Source of the DNA: Marsupella aquatica
Taxonomy: Eukaryota; Plantae; Marchantiophyta
DNA: 64,000 nt
Reading direction: 5' to 3'
Assembly (NCBI GenBank): GCA_973895155.1
Contig: OZ316895.1
Coordinates: 8,792,184-8,856,183, forward strand
Below, in pieces: positions 38,501 through 51,622 of this stretch. The notes beneath the pieces were generated by a model. That model made no database searches, was not told the DNA's origin, and was given only the letters and a program-made list of their open reading frames with translations. The first letter of the stretch is position 1. Each line of letters begins with the position of its first letter. Both the position numbers and the translations under genes were made by a program.

Positions 38501-39290
38501 CAGGTTCTCTCTGGCTCTTTGGTCTGCGCGTGGCGGGAGGTGGTGCTCGAGTTACCTGGTCCTCCATCACAGCGGTTACGGGTGGATCTTACCATGGTCC
38601 GTGACGGTCACCGTACTTTGGCAGATGTAGTGGTGGCAAACCCATTGCGCCAAGACATCATTGGGACAGCGGCAACAACGGCAGGGGCAGCAGCATCACG
38701 AGCAGCACAAACGAAGGAGGCCAAATATGCTGCACGAGCTTCATCTGATAGCTTCCTGCCCCTTGCTCTTGAGATATTTGGGCGTCTTCATCATCAGTTC
38801 GACGGGCTTCTTCGCCAAGCTGCTCGGGATGTTCACGGCCGAATGGGTCCCACCGGGCCCCCGCTATCTGTTTTGACCACGCACTTTCGCCAACGCATTT
38901 CAGTCACCTTACAGCGTGCTCAAGCTCGGGCCGTCTATCGTCGATCTCTGACAGTGGGTGCTAGTGTGACTCCGCAGCGGCTAGCCCCCCTAGAGGACAT
39001 TCCTGTCCCACTTGCCGATCTAGTTTCGACACTTGATGTAGACCACTAGCTTGTAGCCACATTTGCTAGGTATGATGAGGACCTCGGTCCATTTGCGGTA
39101 GTTTTAGTTACTCTTTCTTGGTTTTTAGGGGTTTCCTTTTGCTCACTTCTTTTAGTTCCTCTTTCTTGGTTTTTAGGGTTTCCTTTTGCTCACTTCTTTT
39201 GCGTTTGGTTTTGTCCACTTGGGACCTCTCTTGTTTATTCTTTTGTACTCTATTTGGCCTTTTTCTGTATAAAGTATGTGTATATTCTCA
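35550..39290 (+). mobile_element. Non-LTR retrotransposon with C-terminal restriction-like endonuclease (CRE-clade-like), near full length; ends approximate
   Basis: One reading frame 35651-39049 with a Pro-rich N-terminus, CPECG..H zinc finger and RT motifs (VRPIAIGE, QFAVG, VDVSNAFNTVSR, GTRQGDPLG, SLSDD, LGSPVG, GGFGL). These are followed by CTCG..H, HD.VRD, RE, RVD, LADV, KEAKY, FLPLALE.FG (RLE pattern) and a T-rich 3' UTR. Confidence 0.85.
35651..39049 (+). pseudogene. RT-RLE polyprotein (~1130 codons) interrupted by one in-frame TGA at 38111-38113
   Basis: The ORFs 35639-38113 and 38147-39049 are in the same frame (offset 2508) and separated by a single stop. Confidence 0.85.
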
Positions 39291-39619
39291 TTATAAAGAC
39301 TTTTGTCTACAGTCTTCTAGTACTAAAATTAGTAAAATTGCATTCTGGGCAATAGCCCCTCATAACCTTAGATAAAGATCTTGGTTTGGGGGCATTATGG
39401 CACACTGTAATACACAGGGCTTTGTCGCATATATAAGTCAGAGAGTTCAAGGGTATTGTGCTTAGTAAAGCCCAAGGACCAACCTATCTGCCCACTCTCA
39501 AATAATTTTAGGGTTATTGCCTCAGTAAAGCCCAAGGCAGCCCGTCTGAAATCTTTGTCTCAGTCAGAAGTCACAGGATATTGTCATCAATCGCTAACCA
39601 GGAGATGTTCTAACTGGAG

Positions 39620-40250
39620 AAGCCACAAGTACCAAGCACCTAAAACTGATTTATTCTTGCTTTATAAAAAATTCATCTCAACTCTAGAAAGGAATAGTTA
39701 ATTATGCATCTTATTATCATTGTCTTTTTTAGCACCTTACACTACAAGACGAGATACTTTATATTCTTTTTGAAATCCTCACACCTTCAATAAGTAATCT
39801 TAAAGAAAACTGTTTTGCTGAGATAGGATAGCTAGTCTTAAAAGCTTTTTAGTACCATTTGGGGACGGTTGTTTAAGGTTGGAACAACCATAAGAAGCTA
39901 AAGAGTTGTCTCTTAATTAAAACGATGACATCTAGGGATAAAAGTGGGGCCAACAATTGTACTAAGGCCACAAGTTAAGCACTAAGTCACCCAAAACTAA
40001 TTGATTCTTGCTTTCAGGTGTTTCATAAAAACTTCATGATCCCAAGTCTGAAAAGGAAGATTAATTATTCGTCCTCACATCATTATCCTTTTTACCTTTA
40101 ATACTACAAGACAAACTACGTTCCTTTCTTCTTGGGATGCTCCCATGCCAGCCACCTTTAGTTACATTAAAAAAGATATTGTGTTGATTTATCTAGATAT
40201 AATAGTCCTAAAATTTATATACCATTTGGGGAAGGTTCCTTAAAGTTATC
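39620..40250. repeat. Old, diverged ~360-bp tandem duplication
   Basis: CACC.AAAACT.ATT.ATTCTTGCTTT...TTAATTAT...ACTACAAGAC...TACCATTTGGGGA.GGTT occurs at ~39640 and ~39990. Confidence 0.65.
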
Positions 40251-41629
40251 TCGCGTCTTATCTGGAGACACTTGACGTCCAAGGGACTCCTTGCACCCTA
40301 ACATTAGGTACATGAGGCACTGTATGTAAGTAAGTACCTCTCAAAGTACAGAAAAATAAAGGAAGGCCTTTAAGGATGCTTTCAATTTTGTTGTTTTCTG
40401 AAGACTCTTCCATCGAGTATCGTTGGAGATCCTGTCGAAGGCTTCATACATTCAAGCCGATGCCCACCATTTCAGCTTTTGCCAATTCCAATCATTTTGA
40501 TTGGTGGGCCATGGGTGGTTTACCTCGCTGTTTACTGTCTCTCGTAGAGAATGATGTCCAAAAATTGTGAAAAATTATTTGTAGGTGTCGCTGTTTATGT
40601 TCTCTAGCTCTAGTAGAGAATGTTGTCAAAAAATTGTGAACAATTCTTTGATACCTACGCAGAGTAGCAACTCCACGTTGCATTTTTGGCATCTAACACA
40701 AACGCTCGTTAAAGATCATATTTAGGTAGTCAGAGCAGAAAAAGCATAATGCTAGAAAAAGCAAAATGCTTACACTATACACAATGCCTCAAAAAACAGC
40801 TTTACTGAATCTCTCCTCAGCCAAGAGATCTGGGTCCAAACGCAGAAGATGGTGAGAAGATATTGAGTGATGTAGAAAGAGAAAGAAGGCGGCGGATTAA
40901 AATTGCCATTCCTCCAGGTCTCTTTCTCGATTCTCTAGCCGGGTGGGAAGATTGTCCAAGCTGCCGTCTCTTTCAGGATTCCACGACTGCATTAATTGAT
41001 AAATGAGTACGGTAGATCTCTTGGCACACGTAGAATCATCCTGTCCTGTAGAGCACAATCATCCTCTTCAAGTTTTGGGCGTCGCCGTTTGATGAAACCT
41101 CAAGTGAGCTGTGAGCATCATATAGTACCGTCCTGTCTGATTGGAACTTGACCGTGACTACCAGCATGATTGTGTCTCACCAAGGCGCATTCCCTCTTTG
41201 TCCCAGTGGTTTTCTCCTTCCTCATCATTCTCGTAATTCTATTGTCACCTCAATGCCTCCTCAGAACAGAGTACAATATGACCGTTTTCAATGTTGGATT
41301 CTTTCTGATATCTTTGTAGCCAGTCTTCTTACTCTCTTGATAAATTCCTTTCGACCAAGATGGTACGTTCCGTCGCTTGGCCTCTCTGCTGGAGCAAATC
41401 ATCCGTCACTGCTACTCTCTCCTTGTTTAAATAGGAAGAGCTCTGAGTTTGCTCTCAGTTTTAGCTCGTCCATCCATGGTAGTAGTGACTTCTTACCCGT
41501 TCACTTTGCAAGCGCTATGGTGTAAGCTGGAGTGGTAATTTATTGACAATCACCGTCCCAGAAAGCTGCAGAGCTCCATCAAGAAGGAAATTAAGAGTGC
41601 ATTCTCATTGCTCTACTAGGTAGGGAGCT

Positions 41630-43685
41630 ATGGGAATCAAACGGTATGAAGTGGAACCTTGCGAGCAGGATGGAACCACCAATTCCACCGACGCACACAA
41701 GAGGCTGAAAAGCGATGATGGCCTGCCCTCTAGCGGTCCTAGGCAGCTGGCATACTGTGCAGAAATTCGTGGGAAAGATGGGGTCAGATTTATGGTCTCC
41801 GAGGGTCTGCCAAAGTCTACCTTCCGCTCCTTCATCGAGGAAAACTCTCCGGAGGATGTATTGGGTTTCTTTAGGGAGGTTGCACACGAAATGGAGGAGA
41901 AGAGGGGAGTGTTCGACTTTCATTTGAAGATCAGGGAGCACAAGCAACGGTTCTGTGTGGAGGTGTATTTTGGAGACCGTGAGAGAAAGGGCCCAGAGGC
42001 TGCTGTGAAGTCTGGAGAGTGCATCTCGTGTGTCCCTGGAGCTCCTCTGTTTCCTGGCCAAGAGCCTGGAGTCACAGCCGGGGAATGTGTGCTGACTGAG
42101 TTCAGTGATCAACCCTATGTGCAATGCTCGTTGGATGCCAAAGCCAGGTCTCGCCTGACCCTCTAAAGGAATTCATTCATCTATTCGTCAACTATTTATT
42201 GATCTTGCATTTGAACGATGTTCCCTCCTCTCGTTCTCTTGCTCTGTCCAATGTACCTTTGAGCCTACAATGTTACTAATTGAGGATAGCCTTCATTCGC
42301 TCCCTGGCTGACAACCATAGAGAGTAGACAATGCCCACTGTCAGACAAACTACATGTTATTTATACTAGTACAGTACATTGAAGTTGGTGCCCAGTATAG
42401 ATCAAACTTTGGTGTTTCCTGAACCCACAAATTTTGTGTCATTTGTGCACATTTACACTAACTACGCGGTCAAAGGCTATGATAGATATACTCAATCAGT
42501 AGTATTTATTCGAACGGTGATATGAAAGAAAGCCAACATTTGTCCACCACCCCTAATGTTGCGGATTGGAATCAAAGCAGGCCTGGCTTTATCATCACTC
42601 CTGTTCGGCATGTGGAGAGGATGTCTCAGCTGCGGGACGACGAGCTTTTTGTTCTTTGGAGCACTGCAGTCAGAGCTTTGCGGCAAGACTCACTTCCTTT
42701 CACAACGATGACTCTGAACCATGGTACATATAGGAATACCCCACATCTGCACTTGAAGGTATAATCCTTTGTCCGGGCTCACTGTGAAAATTGTACTCTA
42801 TGTTGCTGCTCGTTGTCCTGGCCAGTGATCTCCAAAAGGTTGATAGTCTGTCTCGAAAATTAATGTGGCAATGGAAATAGTCTCATCTCAAAACCTGTCT
42901 TCACTCTGTTTACTGACAAAATCACCGAGCCTGAATATGTAAGCTGTTTATAACATCTTTCACACCAGAATACTACGCAAAAGAATACCACTTTGCTGAA
43001 AAAACGGCCAACAAATTAGTATGTTTAAATCTTGCAAGGATATTGCGTTTCTTGCTTGTCCGTGTCAGGCCACATCAATCTACTGTTCAAAGTAATATAT
43101 TAAGAAAATTGAGCACAAATTCTTTAAGTTGTTAATATATCCGATCACCTGACCAGATTAGAAAGTCTGACAAACTACCTCCACTGAAGTCAATCGAAGT
43201 TTGCTGGGAACTATCACTACATGCCTCCGTGCCAGACTGGAGGGCTATCTGGTGCTGGCTGGAGAATCAAATGCGATCCAATAATTTGAAAGGGACCTCC
43301 CAGATGTTAAAACACATTCCATGCCCATTTCTGGAAGATTTTCAATTACATTGATTGATTCGGATATTTTCTTCCTACATTCATCTATTGACGCTGTTGG
43401 AATTGGCGGTACCAACTTGAAGAATTAAATAAGCTATGCATGTCAATTAGCGATGGATTTAACATTCCAGTCCTTGCCCTTTGCCTGAAGGTGTGGGTTG
43501 ACAGCATGCTGCATAAGGAAGTGAGACTGAAGTGGGGTGCCGAGAGGCTGGATATTTGGAATCGGCTGCTGGCTCTCGTGGACGTGGCCCCCAAGAAGCC
43601 ATGTAGATTTTTTCAAGTAAATGGATATTGCAGGTATGGTGAGGAGTGCAAGTTCTCCCATATAAATGAAAATGTACACATTTAA
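41630..43685 (+). CDS. HIT-like domain + C-terminal CCCH zinc-finger protein, 3 exons, ~296 aa
   Basis: Exons 41630-42147, 42581-42758 and 43491-43685 join in frame via GT-AG. Motifs: CISC, LDAKARPGFIITPVRHVERMSQL, LNHG...PHLHLKV (HIT-like), and CRFFQVNGYCRYGEECKFSH (C-x8-C-x5-C-x3-H). Confidence 0.8.
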
Positions 43686-44640
43686 CTCTCCGTAGACTGG
43701 GACTAGGGCAAGGCGTGCTAAATCTGTCCCCTGGCTCCAGTAATGAGGGACCAAATGCGCTAGCCAGGTCGTGCTGGCTATTTTATCATACTCACCATTT
43801 TTAAAAATGTGACTAGTATGGAGACCGGTTGCTTCTGTGTAGATTTTCATTCGGAGAGTCCCAAGGCAGTACTTCAAAGGACGCTGGTGTTCGACACTTC
43901 TGTTCGGAATGACACATCGATCTGATCATTTGGCTTAGTGATATGGTAGTAGGCAGCTAAAACGGTGAGGCACGAATAGCAAGGTTTTGCGTTAGAGAAC
44001 CCTTTCGTTGTCAAAGCTCCGAACTTGCGACAATGGTGAGAGAGGAAGAGCACCGCTGCGACTTCGTACCGGCCTCAAAAATGGCAAATGACTTTAAATG
44101 ACAGGATGTCATATATATTTCTCGACCAAAGTAGATTGAAAGAAGACTTCAAAAGTAGATGGAATCTGTCTTCACGACAATTAGTATGACGTAAAATCTT
44201 TAATGTACCAACAGACCTCTTTAAGGTCCGTCGTCCAAATTACCCACGTAAGCAGCCAAGGATATAACTCATCGAATGAAGGTGGCTCATCTTTCTGTAG
44301 TACATGTCGCTATGGATAGCATCTTTGCTCTGGACCTTATTTTTGTCAAAATAGTGTTGTTTTTCGGCGTGATTTTCGTAACTTTCTAAGATTTTCGTGA
44401 TTTTCTAAAACATGAACCCAGCTGCATAGGTTCTCTGGATAAAATTGCTTTCTTCCATGGTATTAAAAAAATCCGATGTCTTGAGCCTAACCTTTTTTGC
44501 TTGCAGATGAACGGACCCCAGGTGTGTCATGAGAAGCCTAAGTATTCTATGTTGCATGAACGTTTCTCTGTGTCTTTCCCGCCAGTCTGTATGAACCCTC
44601 AAAACCAGGGGAACCTTACAAAATACGGATAGACATCTGT

Positions 44641-47600
44641 CTAAGCTATTGCGTGATACTTCATCCTCGTCGGTTCTCTGTCTCCCAACCTTTTCTTTTT
44701 GTCTGCTTCATAGTCGGAGTATGAACCTTCAAACCAGGTCACCTGTTACAGACATACCCCGCGTCAATTTATCATTTATGACCTATTAAACTTCAACTAT
44801 ACCTGAAGTCAAGAAGGGGACTTTGAGCACAAAATGCCAAACCTGTGAATCTCCTTCAAATGCCAAGATATGGGTGGCTATGCGGTCCAGGAACCAGCGG
44901 TCATGAGAAATTATCACTGCACAACCTGAATACATAAGAAGTGGTGAGCCTCACTATTACTCGAGGGCATTGGTCTTAGTTTGGACATCACTTCTTGACC
45001 TTTTTCATTTATGCAGTTTACTCCAACTGCTAAGCGATCAAAGCAAAACTTTCAGAAGTTTACAAACCAGACTTGAACATCCAAAGAAAACTAGCAACAC
45101 CAGCTACCTGCGAAGTCTTGAATCGCATCTTCCAAAGCTCGTAGAGTGTCAACATCAAGATCGTTTGTGGGTTCATCAAGTAGGAGCAAATTCCCACCTG
45201 TCTTCATGATTTTTGCGAGATGTAACCTGATATGTAAGAGATGTCAGCAAGAATCAAGAGTGTAATGAATAAGAATGGCAAGCGTATGGACTGTCCCAAA
45301 AGGCTGCTGCCGAGTCTTTCTTAATCGATAATATTTGGTTCACTTTTTGGCAAGATTGTTCATTAGCATGAGTACAGTTGATGTAATGCTTTCCAATTTT
45401 ATTGTGTAGGAGGCTTGCCTATTCCGTTCTCCTCCTGACAAGGCGCTCACTTTCTTTTGTTGGTCGGCACTTCTGAAATTGAACCATGAACAGTATGCCC
45501 GAGCATTTACCTTGCGGTCACCTGCAACACCCGACCACTTATCAGTTACTACTGTATTACATTTACTCTGCTGCAAAGGACTGGCACTATCTGAAGCTTC
45601 TGAAAGGACATCCTGATTCCCTCTCCCCTCCTCTTCTATCGCTTTGAGTCTGGAATCTTATCCAGGAACGTAAAGCGGACACCTGCAGTAATTTGAAGGA
45701 GGCACGACAAGTATACAACTTTAAGGTGCGACGCTTACCAATTGAAATCTCGTCAAACCCATCGGTAATTTCTTCGAAGACACTTTTTGTTGCGTCTAAT
45801 GCATCCCTTGATTGATCCACATACAGTGGCACCACAGTTTCACCTACTCTCAGATTACCTTTGTCCGGCAAATCCTGCACATCCACTCGACACCAGACAT
45901 TATTTCAATGCTGAAGGAAATGAATTTCACGTCACCCCCTGTAATTCAGAATTGCGAAGGAAAGTACGTGCTGGTCAATTTGTCATCCTCCCTCCTTAGT
46001 GCTTGGAGCATTCCATACTCGTTGCTGCCCTGTGACTCCTAATTGGGAACGAAATTACGTGCTGGTCAATCTGGCATCCTTCCTCAGTGAATAAGGGCTG
46101 GGAGCATTCCATATTCGTTGTGCTGCCTGGTTCACCTCTCCTTTGTAGTTACACCTTGCTAGTGCTATAGTGTACATGCATGAAGCCCTCTAGAAAAAGA
46201 TTGCGACATGTTTAATCTGTAATCGCACATCTTAAACCCTAAACTGCCCGAATGTGCAAAAAGACGAGATGTAAGAATAGTACTTGGCCTATTATCATGC
46301 GAAAGAGTGTTGTCTTTCCTGCACCGTTTCCACCAATCACACCAACAACACCTGCCACACACATGTATGTTACTTTTCATATCCTGACAAGCTACCAATT
46401 CAGTCAACAGTAAAAGAGTCCAACGTTATAAAGACATTGCTATAGAGGTAGGCAAGTGGAAGGCTCCTCAGAAGCTCGTATGTGATGGTTTCTACAAGCA
46501 TTCTAACTAGTCAGCAATAAGCGACAAAGAGCAACATATCCTTGGACATCTATTACTCTTACTGAAAGTATCGATTGAGTCGAGGGTTACTAGGCTAATT
46601 ATCCCATCATTCATCTTCCATTTTTGCTCTTAGTACTGGGTGGAAAAGTAAGATACCCCCGGGTGGAAGACTGAACGAGAGCCCTTCATACAGGAGACGC
46701 CCCCCAAATCCTTTCTGCACATCCTGAGCATCTACCACAAGATTTCCCAGCCGGGGACCTTGAGGGAAAAACATGGACTCCAGCTTCTCGGTCTTCTGAT
46801 ATTCACTAGCTTTTCGAACAAGGTCTTCGTAGGCCCTCTCTCGTGCCTATGGAAACAAGAAGTCACTAAAATGATGCGCAATGACCTCAATTCTGACAAA
46901 CTTTTAATGCATGTCTAATTTTGGTACATTCATTTGCATTACAAACAAAGAGGTTTGAAGACGATTTTCGCACTCCATTTTACATGATTTCAAAAACATT
47001 CAGGAGACTGATTACATCTTAATCCTAAGATAAACAGTCGCAGTAAACGTTCTAGTCTTTAGTGTTGCACCTAAGCCTCCACTTGTGTTCAGGATATAGA
47101 GCAATGGATACTGCCACGCAAAACATTTATGTACCTCATGGGAGATGAAAGAAAATAGGACCGTATCAAGCGACACAAAACTAAGAAAGCTTACCTTCCC
47201 CTTCTTCTGCTGGCCTTTGGCACTTTGACGAATCCACTCCAACTCCCGCGCCATGGTACGCTGCAGAGCTGATTGCTGCTTCTCTTCAATGGAAAACCGG
47301 TTTGCCTGAGCTCAGTTTCCATGGTCCACAAACTCGATCATTAGTCTGCAAAGTAGAATAACCCTTACCTCTTGCTTCAACATGCAATGATGCGACAACA
47401 TGGGACACAGCAGCGAGTCTGAAGATTGCATGTCTGCTAGTCTACTGCCAGGGAGAATTTCGGAAACGCATACATTGTGCATAGCACTTAAATGAAAGCT
47501 TTCTCCATGGAATGAACTACCCTAAGGCATTGACAACGCCCAGTTACTTAGGGAAGCTGGTGATTAAGACAATAATCTCTCGATTCCAAATAGGTCAGGG

Positions 47601-50600
47601 CGTTAAAGAATGCCGTACGAGGAAAATCTTTCTAACGATAGAACAATTTCAACAAGAGAAAACGTAAGGGACGCAAGACGGATTCACATAGAAGGAAAGT
47701 CCAACCTTAGCCTCTAACCAAGTGGAATAGTTCCCCTCAAATGGAATGCCTTGGCCCCTGTCCAGCTCCAAAATCCAACCCGCTACCTGTGAAATAATTC
47801 AATTCCTGTTATTAATGTCAGAGTGCCATTTGAAAACCAATTGCGGAAACACCAGGCGGTACTATACTTTGCACAGCAACTACTCCAGAGTTTTAAGTCC
47901 TAGGTTGGGGAATATACATTGTCAAGAAAGTAACGGTCATGTGTAATTGCTACTACTGTCCCCTTGAATTCTGCAAGATAGCGTTCAAGCCATGCCACAG
48001 ACTCGGCGTCCAAATGATTTGTGGGCTCGTCCAGCAGTAATATATCTGGTTTCTGCACATCATTTCCGGAAAATGTTCCATATAAATCGTGTCAGAACGG
48101 CTTCATCAAACTAAACTTATTCTTTACCAGTTGTGATGATGGGCCAATTTAAACAATCTGAGGTCTCGGTCCTGCCAACAGTTATGTGACCAAAAGTCGA
48201 GCAGCTCAATTACCGTGAATAGAAACTGATATTGAAAGACATTTCAAAAGCTCGTTATGCGAAGACATATTAGAGGTTGTTGACAAACCACCTCGGCACA
48301 TTTTTAGATGACGGTAGCCAAGCTAGCAAAAATAATGAAACTTTTTGATGAGGCCTTTGCTAAAATTTATGAATACAGGTCTGTTAGCACTTCTACCTAT
48401 GTTACCTACTTTTTTGCAACTTTTCTTTACTGGGGACCAGAGTTTCAAGAAGCACCTGTAACAGAAGGCGTGCAAGAGCAACGCGTCGACGCTCTCCTCC
48501 ACTAAGGGTAGCAACCAGGGCATCTGATGGAGGACACCGAAGAGCATTCAATGCATTCTGCCAGCCCATACCTTATCCGCCTTAGTAGCAACTTCAAAAA
48601 TAATTTCCAAACCTTTGCAAGCTCTTCAGGTCGCAAAGACGAAATACAATCCTTGCACACCGCTAAGTTCAATTACAATACCCAAATTCAATCACGACCT
48701 TTGACATGTAATTATTCTCTTTGTCAATTTCTAAAACTGCCAGAACATATGACACCTGAAATTTGAGTAATCCACAAGCCTAAGTAGAAGTGAAACAATC
48801 AACAGCAATTAAAAGTACAAAGACACTGGGACAGTTCTACTCCAACCAGTACTTTGGGGATTTTTAAGACCCAGTAAACAACCTCTAGCGTTCGCTCAAT
48901 CTCCCAACCGTTGCTTGCGTCAAGAGCTGTCTGTAACTTCTCCATTTTGTTCATCAATTTGTCGATGTCTGCATCTGGATTCGCCATGTCTACACTTACC
49001 TGCAACATTTTCTTTCATTACGGAAGCCTGGTATAGCATAGACGAGAGCTAAACTACAAGTAATCAAAACAACAAGCAATCACTTTTTGTGGACAAAACA
49101 TGTACAGACTAACGAAGCCATTCACACAATTGAATTTGGAACTAAATTTCAGAAACAAACATAACCACAGAGAAAATACAAACATAAATCAGATGAGAAC
49201 AAGAAAAAGAAGTAGACCACCAATATAGATATTCTCATGTCCCTGTCCAAGGTGTGAGCCCAGCTCATAAATTTAATTAAGAATACCACCATACCTTCTC
49301 AAAGTCTGCGAGCAGCTCTCGTGTTTCAGCTAAGGCTGGCTGCACATTATATGCTCAAACTCAATCCACGGATCGTGACTTTTATTGCCTTTTCGTATTT
49401 CATGCTATGCGCTTAATAAGCAAAGGCAGGGAACGATCGAAACAAACCGAAAAGCACAAGCAAATTCCATCCTCAGGATTGCAGACGAACGTCATCAAGT
49501 GGCAATATGAATCTCAAGCGAAGATGATTATACAACACACTTCACAACTGAATGCCCACAGTTCTCACCTCAATATTACTCATGACAGTAGTTCCATCAA
49601 TCAGCTCCGGTTCCTGAAAAAGGTCAAAAACTAAAACTGTAAGGCTGTCCACGTCAATGGTAGCCAAAGCACAGGTTCTTCAACGAAAACGCGCAAACGT
49701 ACCTGGGCGAGGTATCCCACTCGCATCTTGGGATCAAGATACATATCACCGTCAAAAGCTTTCTCTACACCAGCAAGAATCTTCAGAAGTGTGCTCTTCC
49801 CGGCACCATTTGGGCCCAGTAGCCCAATTTTAGCACCCAAGTACATGCCTACGTTGATGCCCTTCAAAATCTCCTTCCCCATAGGTGTCACCTGCAAAAC
49901 GATTTTCCAAGAGATGGCCCACAGAATGGTGTTCTTATTCCCATCGTTTTAACGTGCGAGACCTGTGGGACATAGTCTAAACCGAACTACAAGGGAAGAC
50001 TTAAAACACTCCTGGCGTCGAACAGCCAACCTTGGACAATAAACAAGCTTTCTTAAGTTCGAGAAATGGAATCAGTTTTCATCCTCTTTCATTGAACCTT
50101 GCTGCGGTCCACTGGCAAGCAAAAGCTCTGTTCAAAGAGACCATTACAGATATTAGAGTAGCTAATGTGCCCCGGGACAAGAATTCCAAGGAATTAGCCA
50201 CGGCCAAAGGGATGGCAACAGATGTGGCAAATCAATAAGCGTAATGCAGCAGCTTTCTCAGGAAGGAATGGGAGACAACAATTTAATATGCATATTTGAC
50301 GCCCTGATTCGAGTATAGGAAGCACATGCCAGAATTGTTTCAAATAGCTCGAAATCCCATTTCATACGATTCAGAACGGGAATGAATGAATGGATGAGAG
50401 AATAAATACAATTCACAGTCCCGCGGGCCCCTATCGGGCCATGTTACTTCTACACAGAGAGAGGAAGGAAAGACAGCGACAACTGGGACAATAACTTCTT
50501 GGAGTACGCGAATGACTGAGAGGAACGAGAGGGACATGCTCAACATACCTTTCGCACATTGCGCAAGCTCAAAATAATTCGGCGAGTCTCGTTTTCATAG

Positions 50601-50902
50601 GGAGTTCCCTTCTCTTGCGAAGCAACTTTGGATCCACTGCTCCTCTCCTTCTGCGCAGTTGAGGCCCCTCCTCCGCCCTTCTTTCCCCCCTTCTTAGCCA
50701 TGGCACGAGCCTGCAACCCATGGCTGGACTTTGTTGCCAGAAGCGGCACCACTGGAGATTCGTTAGTTCGTAGCCCTCTTCCTCGTAGAACCAGGGACCA
50801 GGATTTTGCAGCAGTTTTCGGTTTCAAACCCAAAATGTCTGACGTTAGCTGCTGCAGGGGTACCTGACCTGCTGCAGCTACCGCCATGGCCTCGAAAACC
50901 AT
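44641..50902 (-). CDS. ettA: ABC-F ATPase, EttA/ChvD type (energy-dependent translational throttle), probably plastid-targeted, ~16 exons
   Basis: Two ABC domains: [48 protein letters not shown], and [57 protein letters not shown]. EttA-type linker [19 protein letters not shown]. Ser/Ala/Lys-rich transit-like N-terminus. Ends [22 protein letters not shown]. Confidence 0.92.
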
Positions 50903-51622
50903 CCCCCTCGAGTTTCTCCTTCAGTCTTTTAAGCTATCTTCCTTCCTTCCAATCTCTAATGTGATTACGCTCTGGGTGCCTCGTCCTCTTACTGGAGTGC
51001 CCTCTATCCTTCGGTCATTTGGTGCAACTGTGGAATCCTCCTAAGCCTAAACCTTCAGTTGTTTCTACTCTCGCTCTGCCTGTCCGAGTCCTTTGCAATT
51101 GCTACCACATGTACAACAGCCTTCGGGTAATTTCTTGAGCTTGTGGGTTCCTCAAAAAATTTCAGTTTTTCTACCTATCGTCCATTTTGAAGCCTGAGTC
51201 GCAATTTCGGAGAGAGCTTGGGCTTTTTGTATGAAACTACTGGACGGTAGTGATTGTACGAGTAAAAGTGATGGACCTATGACACAAAGTGATAATTTCT
51301 TGAAACAAGAACAGCCCTGTTTGCAGAAAGGCAAACACGTCAGCGGTGTTTTGATTGGGCGTATTCCTCGTCCAGACAAGACAGGTGCTTTTTGCTGGAT
51401 GGGGCCTCCTTGGCTCTGCTTAAACTCCCCCCCCCCCCCCCCCAAAGACCAACCAATGAAACGAGTAGCCATGTCCGGGTGACGCTGCTTCAGTACGCTT
51501 GTTCTCCTGTAGTAATTGGTGTAGCTCGTCGTCATTACTTTGTAAACAAAAGTTCCGTAATGAGCTAAATATCAAGGAGCCGAGCAGCCAGCATCCACGG
51601 AGAAACCCAAACTTGTGCAGCC
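50903..51622. promoter_or_regulatory. Candidate bidirectional promoter between the divergent EttA-like and CLD1-like genes
   Basis: Only 720 bp separate the start codons. The interval contains CCAAT/ATTGG boxes and a long C run at ~51427-51443. Confidence 0.45.

Noticed and set aside
45960-46125. ~90-bp duplicated block in an EttA intron as a duplicated exon
   Set aside because: It is not needed for the reading frame and has no ABC-F similarity.
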